A stretch of DNA of 63,399 nt, filler included, from Nemertoderma westbladi (Eukaryota; Animalia; Xenacoelomorpha), in assembly GCA_032718475.1 (NCBI GenBank). It is 3 parts of 3 records of this genome, joined end to end, with 100 filler letters (N's around TTAATTAATTAA, not from the genome) between each part and the next. Parts side by side here need not be neighbours in the genome. Positions count along the whole stretch, not along the records: positions 24,121 to 50,350 come from JAUCBJ010004381.1; 2 more parts are not named here. One strand, 5' to 3'. The notes under the pieces are model-generated. The model was not told the origin of the DNA. It was given only the letters and a program-made list of their open reading frames with translations, and did no database searches. Shown piece after piece: positions 25,765 to 37,100 of the stretch (positions are counted from its first letter, which is position 1; each line of letters begins with the position of its first letter). The position numbers and the translations under genes are program-made.

Positions 25765-27511
25765 ACGCGCGTTCCTCCTACCGCGGAACAGAAACCGACG
25801 GGAGAAAACTGTATGAACCGGAACCGGTATCACTTTTACCGGTACTGCTGGTCCTTGTGCTTGCACAGTAGGCCTAGTTTTTGTATTTGCTACACAGTGC
25901 TCAAATGCAGTCTCCAGTCTGCATGTTCCTTGTGTCTCTACAGTATTTGTGTCCGCTCAAGTGACAGTATTTCAATTTCAATAATTTATTCCCACAGTTA
26001 AAATAATGATTGTTGTTGATGAAATAATATAAGATAAACAGTAGGCTTACTTCTACAATGTACTGTACAATATGTGTGTATTACTGTATTAGTGTTATTG
26101 TAAATTAACAATATAGACAGTATGCTCTATATCCGGTAGAATTTTCAACTCTTCTCTCAGTAAAATAAACACCAATGAATGACGTTTTATTATCCACAAT
26201 ATGGCAACCACGGTATTTTGAGCATTTAAATATTTTCTAGTATTATTACTTTCAGGGGTCCTTTTCGCGAATCGTACCGGATATATCATTACATCTACAG
26301 TATAATATACCAAGTAATTATTCCCGGATAGCTTTATTTCATATTACCGTTGCCAGATGGCTGGGGTTTCACTCTCCATTACTGTAATAACTTATTAATT
26401 AATGCAAATAAAGTGCTGTGCTCATACAAATATATGTTAATTGATAATATTGAATACAAAGCGGGAAAATCTTAGTTTGGAGACATATATATATTGACAT
26501 ATTATTTAATATTTTTTATTATTTAACAATTCTGATGACCAGGTTAAAATGGACTCGTTAAATATTTATTATATATGCTTGACGGTTATAGGGTTAGGAT
26601 TTTTTCAGGTTAGGGTTTATCAATTTTTATTTAAAAGAATAGTAAAATGATTATGATTGCCAGTATTGTTTAATTTATTGCACTATTTTATGTTTTATGT
26701 TGATTGTAATCCAGTTTAACGATTAAAACAATGTTGACATCAGACATTTATACTTCCTGAGGGAGTTACACACTAATTTGGAGTTCTGTAGATGTACTAC
26801 AGTATTCGTACCATTTCTCTTAATTATCATGTTGGTTTTTTAAAACATAAGAAATTACAACAAAATCACCAACCAGAAAAACACCCCGACTATTTTTTTA
26901 GGTAGTTGGCTTTCTACTGCAATTTTTGACCGATATGCAGACAAGCAGACTAACTGCTTTTCGTCAAACGTGAAAATTGCCATTGGAAATGTAATCACCA
27001 ACCAAGAATACCAGCAGCAACAATTTTACTTAGTTGTTGTTCTTAGAGAATTTTGCTAATAAGAAAATAATGAAGGTTGAAGACTTTTGGTGAATTTCTT
27101 CTAAACGTTTATAAATATTTTGTACCTATTTCCAGCCCCCGACTTTAAATGACAATATCTCGAGAAGTTAAAATAATATCAAATTATTTTTATATTAGGC
27201 CTATTTTAATATCAAATTAAGCTAATAAAACCAAAGTGTTCGCTGAAAGATTATCCACTAGAATTGCTCACAAAGAGTAAAAATATATTTTTTCATCCTC
27301 TTTCAATCAAGCACAGAAAAATCAACATTCAATATAATAATACAATGCAAGTTTGTTGAGGAAGAGTTTTCAAACTATCACAATTTGTCTTCAACCTGTC
27401 TGCCCTCAGCAGTATGTTTCATTAAATATTGACGGTATGCTACGTATAGTAAAAATAATACTGAAATAATAATAGTAGAGGGATCTAGGCGCTTGCACAA
27501 CGTTCCGCGGC

Positions 27512-27764
27512 GGGGGGGGGGGGGGGGGGGGGGGACTGGACGCAATAAAAATTCATCCCTCTCCAGGGGAAATTTGACGCAAATAACAGCTGATTATTCT
27601 CAAAAATAAAACTGTAACCTGTTCTATTGTATTTAGTTTATTGTTTTGGTTAAAATAACGTGCCACTGTAACCTGCTCCTTTGCCTAAATTGAGAATTTA
27701 ACATTGACTGATTGAGGCGGGATATTAATTCGCCAAGGCGGGTTTTGCGTTCAGTTTCCCCCCC
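27512..27764. mobile_element. Solo copy of the poly-G/poly-C-ended MITE, upstream of UMPS
   Basis: Homologous to 22478-22726 but with unrelated flanks. Confidence 0.8.
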
Positions 27765-28000
27765 TGTCTCAACAAGAGTGTTCTATTAAAAATATCATAA
27801 TTTTGGCGGTAAATTCAAAAACACTTCCTGGTCTCCGAGGTTCTTGTCACATGTCAGGTAGTGACGATTTAATTCAGATTATTACAGTATTACTGTATTA
27901 AATCAGTTTGTTTCTCCTGTCGCCCCAAAGGTAAACATTTAATTTAATATTTGTTTGCAACTTTTGTCTCAGATTATTTTCTCCAACCTCCATCGGCTCC

Positions 28001-29542
28001 ATGGCAGCTACTGGTACCGGTACCACTGATGATTCCAATCGTGAATCAATTATTGTAAGTTTGTACGACATTGGAGCGGTTAAATTCGGAACCTTCACTT
28101 TAAAATCCGGAATTTCCTCTCCAATATATTTCGACCTCCGTTTAATCGTCTCGCACCCTTCTCTACTCCGTGAGATCAGCGAATTGACATGGCAACTGGC
28201 TATTGGCTGCAGCTACCAGCGCGTTTGCGGTGTTCCCTACACGGCGTTACCCATAGCCACGTGTCTATCCGTGGATCACGGTGTCCCCATGGTGATAAAA
28301 CGTAAAGAAGAGAAATCCCACGGTTTAAAGAAGATGGTGGAGGGAAGTTTTACCGAGGGGGATATTTGTTTGGTGGTGGAAGATGTTGTAACTACGGGCG
28401 GGAGCGTCAAGGAAACAGCAAAGTCTTTACGAGGTGTCGGTCTACGTGTTGAAGATGCGGTGGTTCTATTAAACCGGGAGCAGGGTGGATCCGCGAATCT
28501 TAAAGATAACGGGATAAATCTCCGTTCGGTGTTCTCCATCACGGAAGTTCTCGAAGTCCTCGCGAAACGAGGTAAAATATCCGTGGAAACGCAGGAATCC
28601 GTGGCCGTGTTTATCGAGATGAATCAGTCGCGACCGAGAGAGAAGAATTACGAGGATCCGATCGAAGGCGACGGGTTCGTCATCTACCGACACGAGATTC
28701 CTCGGAACCCCGGTGAGCAGAAACGCTTCCTAGATTTACACTCCCGCTCCCAATGCGCTTCCCACCCCCTAGCTAAGCGATTGTTCTCTCTGATGGACTC
28801 GAAGAGGACGAATCTTTGTTTATCTGCGGACGTAACTTCCTCCGCGGAGCTAGTCGATTTGGCAGATCGGATCGGGCCGTTTATCTGCGCGCTGAAGGTC
28901 CACGCTGACATCGTGTCGGATTGGTCGGGAGGAACGGGGGAGCGACTCCGGCAACTGGGGGAGGAGCGCGGGTTCCTGCTGATCGAGGATCGTAAGTTCG
29001 GCGACATCGGGGCGACGGTGCGGAAACAGTTCGTGGGTGGGACGTGCGGGATCGCGGGTTGGGCGGACGTGGTTACGGCTCACGGGATAGCGGGGCCCGG
29101 GACGCTGGCGGCGTTGAGCGAGGCTGCCGTCGACGCAGGTAGGCCGTACGGGTGTCTGTTAGTAGCCGAGATGAGCAGCGAGGGGAATCTATTGGACGCG
29201 GAGTACACCCAGAAGGTCGCGGAGTTAGCTAAGCAGTTCAAAGACCTCGTTGTCGGGTTTATAACCCAACGGAGGGTGTTACCCCATGCGTGGGGGTTAG
29301 TGAACGCAACCCCAGGGGTACAACTCTCCCGGGGATCCCCACAAGGGGACGGGTTAGGCCAACAGTACCGAACCCCGATGGTGGCTGTTTGCGATCAAGA
29401 GAACGACCTCGTTGTGGTGGGTCGTGGAATCTACGAGGCTGATGATCCAGTGGAAACTGCTAAGAAATACCGGGATCAGAGTTGGGCCGGGTTGATGAAA
29501 TGGTCCCGTTTGAGCTCCTTTATGTGCGGCCCATGTTTCTAG
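28001..29542 (+). CDS. UMPS: Bifunctional UMP synthase (orotate phosphoribosyltransferase + OMP decarboxylase), intronless CDS
   Basis: FGTFTLKSGISSPIYFDLR, CGVPYTALP, PRPP motif VVEDVVTTGGS. ODC motifs LSAD, LKVHAD, EDRKFGDIG, AEMSS, GQQYRTP, VVGRGIY. Confidence 0.97.
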   Translation: MAATGTGTTDDSNRESIIVSLYDIGAVKFGTFTLKSGISSPIYFDLRLIVSHPSLLREISELTWQLAIGCSYQRVCGVPYTALPIATCLSVDHGVPMVIKRKEEKSHGLKKMVEGSFTEGDICLVVEDVVTTGGSVKETAKSLRGVGLRVEDAVVLLNREQGGSANLKDNGINLRSVFSITEVLEVLAKRGKISVETQESVAVFIEMNQSRPREKNYEDPIEGDGFVIYRHEIPRNPGEQKRFLDLHSRSQCASHPLAKRLFSLMDSKRTNLCLSADVTSSAELVDLADRIGPFICALKVHADIVSDWSGGTGERLRQLGEERGFLLIEDRKFGDIGATVRKQFVGGTCGIAGWADVVTAHGIAGPGTLAALSEAAVDAGRPYGCLLVAEMSSEGNLLDAEYTQKVAELAKQFKDLVVGFITQRRVLPHAWGLVNATPGVQLSRGSPQGDGLGQQYRTPMVAVCDQENDLVVVGRGIYEADDPVETAKKYRDQSWAGLMKWSRLSSFMCGPCF

Positions 29543-30009
29543 TTCTACATGTTATTTCTTTAATTGGTTTAATAATTTCTATTATATTTACATCTCATAA
29601 GGGGAACTGTTTGTGATAAAAAAATCATGGAGATTTCAAAACTAAAAACGACATCGCGTGATCTATTTTTGTTCTTGAGTTATAGCTGTCTGTCTACCTG
29701 TCAGTCCATAGCACACGCATTGTACAATTTTCGCTATATGATTTTTCTTGTTCAGTGACTTCAATTCTAATGTCAGTTTTAATGCTTGATGGATTCTAGA
29801 ATGTCTGTCTGTCTTTCTGCCTGCCAGCATGTTTATCATTCTGCCGGCCTGCCTGTCTATCTGTTGGCCAGTCAATCGTAAATTACTAATTCAATACACA
29901 TTTTTTTTTGTTATAGGGGTCTTGATTCCTATGATCTATGGTTCCGTTTCTGATGTTTGTTTTTACAGAGCAGGTATTCTAGATATCCTGTCGCGTCTTA
30001 CTGTTAAAG

Positions 30010-30175
30010 GAAAAGTAAAGTAAAGTAAATTTTCTTCGGCCGCTAGGCCAGGGATTACGCACAAAGTCTGACGACTTATTTCCAGTGCGGTCCCCCCAGA
30101 ACTTTACTCCCCAGAGGGAACTCTAGTACTCATTTAGCTACCACTTAAGGATGCAAGGCAGAGATGCGCCCTGGC
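30010..30175 (-). repeat. SINE 3' portion with (TTTAC)n tail
   Basis: aaagtaaagtaaagtaaa tail and a tagtactcattt...aaggatgcaaggcagag segment resembling a conserved SINE core. Confidence 0.4.
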
Positions 30176-31126
30176 TGTTATATAAGACTGACAGGTATAC
30201 AAAACAACACAAAGCCGTCATGACATTGCAGCCCAGGAAACCCATTTTAAAAACTTTTTTAAAAAACTAAAATTTTAGTGAGGTCATGTGCTTTTCTAAA
30301 TTGTTCACAGACAGACGGACGGACGGACTAAATCCCATCAACAGTCAAAACAGACATCAGAATTGAAATCACCCACCAGGGAAATCCCCATATCGAAATT
30401 TTAGTTAAGTATAAGTATTCTTCCTTATTTTTTTGAATATAGTGTGAAATATCCCTCCATTTAACAAAAATTTGGCGGGAAGGTTTGACACTTTAATCTC
30501 ATTACCTATTTATTAAGGTTCCAGTTTCTCTGGAACCACTTCACCAAATTGCATGAAATTTTCAGTATATAATAATATGTTTTTCTACTAATCCTTACCA
30601 TTAGAAATTGCAAAAGTTGCATCACAATAAACAGCCAAAATACTTATTTTTTTCATTTTTGAAAAATTATATTTTTTATTACACAAGGCTAAATTAATCG
30701 TAATTCCCATCAAAAGATCAAACCATTCTGTTGAACCAATTCCTAAGACGAGGTACATGAGCTTAATAGTAAAATTGACAAACAGGTGTCCTTAAACCCA
30801 GTGGGCTATTCTTGAATTACACTAATTTGGTTATAATCCTTTCGTACGCTAATAATGTATATATAATAATTAGGGTTTGTATTTAGTAATTGAAATAATT
30901 ATGTAACATCTTTCATATCTTATAGTTTGTGATATTATTATAATATTGCTTCCAACTTTATTGTAGTTAAAACTAATTATTTCACTCCTGAATTTTTTCC
31001 CCAATTTCGTTTTGAGCGGTTCATTTCATTACGTCATCTACAGGGTACTTTATAATCTAATGAGCTACGATCGCACGTCAATGTGCACTATTTACGCAGC
31101 CACTACTTATAGCGATATTCAGTTAA

Positions 31127-34100
31127 TCATAGATCTGGAGTATCCTCTATATTCCGACCTGTTCTGATATGAGAGGAGGGGACTTCCAGAATATATCCAG
31201 ACTTATTATCGTCCTCTTCCTTAGGCGAAGGTCTAAGGACGGAATCTAATAGTTTGGAAGGTTCGCCTTGGTACCCTAACATATTGGCCAGTTCTCTAAC
31301 ACGATACTCTGTCTCCCTTGTAAGCTGATGTTTTGCACCCAGGGTCGACTTATACAACTCCATGGTTGTTATCATTACAAGCAAGACGTCTTTCATCATG
31401 GCGACCTCCAACTCCTTTGGAATATCGCAGTCATCCACACCAACCTTGTTTATCAATGTTTCTATGCTTTCTTTTCGATCTGGTTTCTCATTTCTGGCGC
31501 GCCTTATACTTTTGTATTCTTTTTTTGATAAACCCCTTTAAAACGAATAAAGTTTTAAATGATTTATTAAATAATTAAAAGAGGACTTGGACTTTGTATC
31601 AACAACTCTAGAAAATGAAGCGAAAACATGAATGCTATAGAATAATTGTCCATATAAACTCCTGATTTTTGACTGCCAAGCAAAAGGTAAATTCACCCTC
31701 TATAAATTTCATTTTGAAAGTACCAATAGTGGGAAAGGTGCAGGTTAAGTCACACCTTGGGTAGTAAGGCCAAGGCCTACCTTGTGTAGTGGTTGCTTTG
31801 AATTCAGATCTCTCTGGAGGTCGTGGGTTCGATCCCCATATGTGAGCATGACCTACATATATATATTACAAAGTTTGAGAAAGAATGCCCCTAAATGAGG
31901 AATATAAGCAAGATACAGAGCTAGAACCTCAATGCAATTATAGGCCTATCGTATGATATCATTGGAAATTCTGATAAATGAGCAGCTGTTCAATGTCTGA
32001 GTACTACATTATAGTTATACGTGTTAGAAAAAACATAAATATTACTGTAGTATTGTTAATCAGTGAAATTGAATGAATAAATTTATCACATTGGGAGTAA
32101 ACATCATATTTGGGAAATATATATAGTTCTACCGTATATATAGTTTTTTTGTTTTAAACAATCAATAAAATAAATAGGAATACTTACGATCCAGACCCAC
32201 GTCCTTCTCGAGCTGAAATAAAAATAAAACAGCTGTGATACGTTACTGTTTGTGTGATACGTACCTGTTTGTGTGATACGTACCTGTTTGTTTGATACGT
32301 ACCTGTTTGTGTGATACGTTACTGTTTGTTTGATACGTACCTGTTTGTGTGATACGTACCTGTTTGTGTGATACGTACCTGTTTGTGTGATACGTACCTG
32401 TTTGTGTGATACGTACCTGTTTGTGTGATACGTACCTGTTTGTGTGATACGTACCTGTTTGTGTGATACGTACCTGTTTGTGTGATACGTACCTGTTTGT
32501 TTGATACGTACCTGTTTGTGTGATACGTACCTGTTTGTGTGATACGTACCTGTTTGTTTGATTAGTATCTGTTTGTGTGATACGTACCTGTTTGTGTGAT
32601 ACGTACCTGTTTGTTTGATACGCACCTGTTTGTGTGATACGTACCTGTTTGTGTGATACGTACCTGTTTGTGTGATACGTACCTGTTTGTGTGATACGTA
32701 CCTGTTTGTGTGATACGTACCTGTTTGTGTGATACGTACCTGTTTGTTGTGATACGTACCTGTTTGTGTGATACGTACCTGTTTGTGTGATACGTACCTG
32801 TTTGTTTGATACGTACCTGTTTGTTTGATAAGTACCTGTTTGTTTGATACGTACCTGTTTGTGTGATATGTACCTGTTTTAAATTCACTATGTATTTTCT
32901 ATGTATACGCTACGCCTACAGTAGTATACACAGTTACAGTAGATACCAGTTGGCATATAGATGATTTATTCATTAACATAAATACGTACCGGGCCATTCT
33001 GACGATTCTGCGGGGCCTTTGAACATTTGTTTAAACGATTTTTTCAACGAGCTAGGCCTAAAATAGTAACAACGATTATAGATACAACAGCCACTTAAAG
33101 GCGGGTAATTTAAACCAAGACGACGCAGATTCCTACTGGGAGCCAACCGTGTACACAGACTGAAAGGGTGATACTATATTTCAGGACACCAAGAAATTGA
33201 ACAGCTAAGGCGTGAAAATAGTGATAAAAAGTAGCTAAAATAAAAAAAAAATAGATAAAATAATTTTGTTCAGAAGTGGAAAAAATGAGTAATCACGTCA
33301 CCGGGGGTTGAACCAGCGCTATACGTATGTTTCGGCTTATCAGGCCTCATTAGTAGCGCTAACCAGTTCAGCCACTTGCCCCTGACATTTGCTCTCCCAC
33401 CTACACGTATATTGAACAGGCAGTCTTTAAGTCTTACTTTGGGTTTCATACATATATTTATTCATGGTAATTGTTCGTAAATTCACAAGCTTGCAACAAT
33501 TAATGGACGAGTCCATTGCTATCGATATTGTTGTTGTAATAAATTTCGCGCCTATGCCGGGTAGCCTAATAACGAAAAACGCAAAACGAAACAATGGGCA
33601 AAGTACACAATAGTAGTATATGTAAAAAAAAACACTGTTTGTAGGAAATGTATCTTCTCCTACAATTATAAACGAAATAAAGCGAAATTTTGCTGAAAGC
33701 ATGTCCAATGCTCCCTATGGAGTATCTGAATTCTACGATTATGAATGGTCATTCTATAATTAATTTAACTGTTGCTAGGCAACCAACAGGTCCCTCGCAA
33801 CCAAAACCTTGCATACACAATTAGGTCCGATAATAAACCTACTATCATCAAAGTTTCATCCAATACCATCAACATTAAGTGCAAGAAGTTGTGTGTACAA
33901 ACAAACAAACAAACACGCGTGAGAAATAAGGACATCCAATTCTTGGATCCATTCATAATCCAATTCTTGGATCCGTTCAAAAATAACAATAGTGATGTTC
34001 CAGAATAATTGAATTATTGTGCAATCAGCTGTGATTCAATCAGAAATTAATAAAATTTACAATTACCTGTCGTGCATTAAATATTATCTCGGTAACTAGA

Positions 34101-37100
34101 CGTAACATACAATTTTATAAATAAATATATCTAAGGTAACTGATGCAGAAATTATGCATTTGAACTGAAAGAATGTTTTATCAATAAAACGAACAGACAT
34201 GATGAATGTGGCGACAATTATAATAAAATTAATATTAAAGTGAAGGACTGACAACCACACAAGTGTAATATAAGTAGTGCGACGCTAAATTGCGAACTTT
34301 TTCAAGCACAATAATATTGGAGTTATTATTGTGCTTGAAAAGTTCGCAATTTAGCGTACGAATGGTCGCACTACTTATATTACACTTGTACTTACTTACT
34401 GGTAATAACGGGCCTAGAGACTAGAGTGTAACTTACGGGCCTAGAGACTAGTGTAACTTATTGATAATGACGGGACTAGAGACTAGAGTGTAACGTACGG
34501 GCCTAGAGACTAGTGTAACTTACTGGTAATAACGGGCCTAGAGACTAGAGTGTAACTTACGGGCCTAGAAACTAGAGTGTAACTTGCGGGCCTAGAAACT
34601 AGAGTGTAACTTACTGGTAATAACGGGCCTAGAGACTAGAGTGTAACTTAGGGGCCTAGAGACTAGGGTGTAACTTACAGGTAATAACGGGCCTAGAGAC
34701 TAGAGTGTAACTTACGGGCCTAGAGACTAGAGTGTAACTTACTGGTAATAACGGGCCTAGAGACTAGAGTGTAACTTAGGGGCCTAGAGACTAGAGTGTA
34801 ACTTAGGGGCCTAGAGACTAGAATGTAACTTACGGGCCTAGAGACTAGAGTGTAACTTACTGGTAATAACGGGCCTAGAGACTAGATTGTAACTTACGGG
34901 CCTAGAGACTAGAGTGTAACTTAGGGGCCTGGAGACTAGAGTGTAACTTAGGGGCCTGGAGACTAGAGTGTAACTTACGGGCCTAGAGACTAGAGTGTAA
35001 CTTACAGGCCTAGAGACTAGAGTGTAACTTACTGGTAAAACGGGCCTAGAGACTAGAATGTAACTTACGGGCCTAGAGACTAGAGTGTAACTTACGGGCC
35101 TAGAGACTAGAGTGTAACTTACTGGTAATAACGGGCCTAGAGACTAGAATGTAACTTACGGGCCGAGAGACTAGAGTGTAACTTACGGGCCTAGAGACTA
35201 TAGTGTAACTTACTGGTAATAACGGGCCTAGAGACTAGAGTGTAACTTACTGGTAATAACGGGCCTAGAGACTAGAGTGTAACTTAGGGGCCTAGAGACT
35301 AGAGTGTAACTTAGGGGCCTAGAGACTAGAATGTAACTTACGGGCCTAGTGACTAGAGTGTAACTTACTGGTAATAACGGACCTAGAGACTAAAGTGTAA
35401 CTTAGGGGCCTAGAGACTAGAGTGTAACTTACGGGCCTAGAGACTAGAGTGTAACTTACGGGCCTAGAGACTAGAGTGTAACTTACTGGTAATAACGGGC
35501 CTAGAGACTAGAGTGTAACTTAGGGGCCTAGAGACTAGAGTGTAACTTACGGGCCTAGAGACTAGAGTGTAGCTTACTGGTAATAACGGTCCTAGAGACT
35601 AGAATGTAACTTACGAGCCTAGAGACTAGAGTGTAACTTACGGGCCTAGAGACTAGAGTGTAACTTACGGGCCTAGAGACTAGAGTGTAACTTACGGGCC
35701 TAGAGACTAGAGTGTTACTTACTGGTAATAACGGGCCTAGAGACTAGAGTGTAACTTAGGGGCCTAGAGACTAGAGTGTAACTAACTGGTAATAACGGGC
35801 CTAGAGACTAGAGTGTAACTTACTGGTAATAACGGGCCTAGAGACTAGAGTGTATCTTACGGGCCTAGAGACTAGTGTAACTTACTGGAAATAACGCACC
35901 TAGAGACTAGAGTGTAACTTACTGGAAATAACGCACCTAGAGACTAGAGTGTAACTTACTGGTAATAATGGGCCTAGAGACTAGATTGTAACTTATGGGC
36001 CTAGAGACTAGAGTGTAACTTACGGGCCTAGAGACTAGAGTGTAACTTACGGGCCTAGAGACTAGAGTGTAACTTACGGGCATAGAGACTAGAGTGTAAC
36101 TTACGGGTCTAGAACCTAGAGTGTAACTTACGGGCCTACAGACTAGAGTTTTACTTACTGGTAATAACGGGCCTAGAGACTAGAGTGTAACTTACGGGCC
36201 TAGAGACTAGTGTAACTTACTGATAATAACGGGACTAGAGACTAGAGTGTAACTTACGGGCCTAGAGACTAGTGTAACTTACTGGTAATAACGGGCCTAG
36301 AGACTAGAGTGTAACTTAGGGGCCTAGAGACTAGAGTGTAACTAACTGGTAATAATGGGCCTAGAGACTAGAGTGTAACTTACTGGTAATAACGGGCCTA
36401 GAGACTAGTGTGTAACTTACGGGCCTAGAGACTAGTGTAACTTACTGGTAATATCGGGCCTAGAGACTAGAGTGTGACTTAGGGGCCTAGAGACTAGAGT
36501 GTGACTTAGGGGCCTAGAAACTAGAGTGTAACTTACTGGTAATAACGGGCCTAGAGACTAGAGTGTAACTTAGGGGCCTAGAGACTAGAGTGTAACTTGC
36601 GGGCCTAGAAACTAGAGTGTAACTTACTGGTAATAACGGGCCTAGAGACTAGAGTGTAACTTACGGGCCTAGAGACTAGTGTAACTTACTGGTAATAACG
36701 GGCCTAGAGACTAGAGTGTAACTTACGGGCCTAGAGACTAGAGTGTAACTTGCGGGCCTAGAAACTAGAGTGTAACTTACTGGTAATAACGGGCCTAGAG
36801 ACTAGAGTGTGACTTAGGGGCCTAGAGACTAGAGTGTAACTTACAGGTAATAACGGGCCTAGAGACTAGAGTGTAACTTACGGGACTAGAGACTAGTGTA
36901 ACTTACTGGAAATAACGGACCAGAGACTAGAGTGTAACTTCCTGGTAATAACGGGCCTAGAGTGTAACTTACGGGCCTAGAGACTAGAGTGTAACTTAGG
37001 GGCCTAGAGACTAGAGTGTAACTAACTGGTAATAACGGGCCTAGAGACTAGAGTGTAACTTACTGGTAATAACGGGCCTAGAGACTAGAGTGTAACTTAC

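Noticed and set aside
28276-29083. Antisense ORFs over UMPS
   Set aside because: Shadow ORFs of a GC-rich CDS.
28001-29542. Bacterial contamination or horizontal transfer of UMPS
   Set aside because: The fusion order and motifs are eukaryote-type, flanks carry host MITEs, and there is a candidate UTR intron.
32104-32888. ORFs with QTGTYHTNRYVSHK repeats
   Set aside because: Translation of the 19-bp minisatellite.
34067-34095. Candidate 29-nt exon (ITEIIFNARQ) after the microexon
   Set aside because: Ends in phase 0 and I found no compatible next exon. Left out but not excluded.
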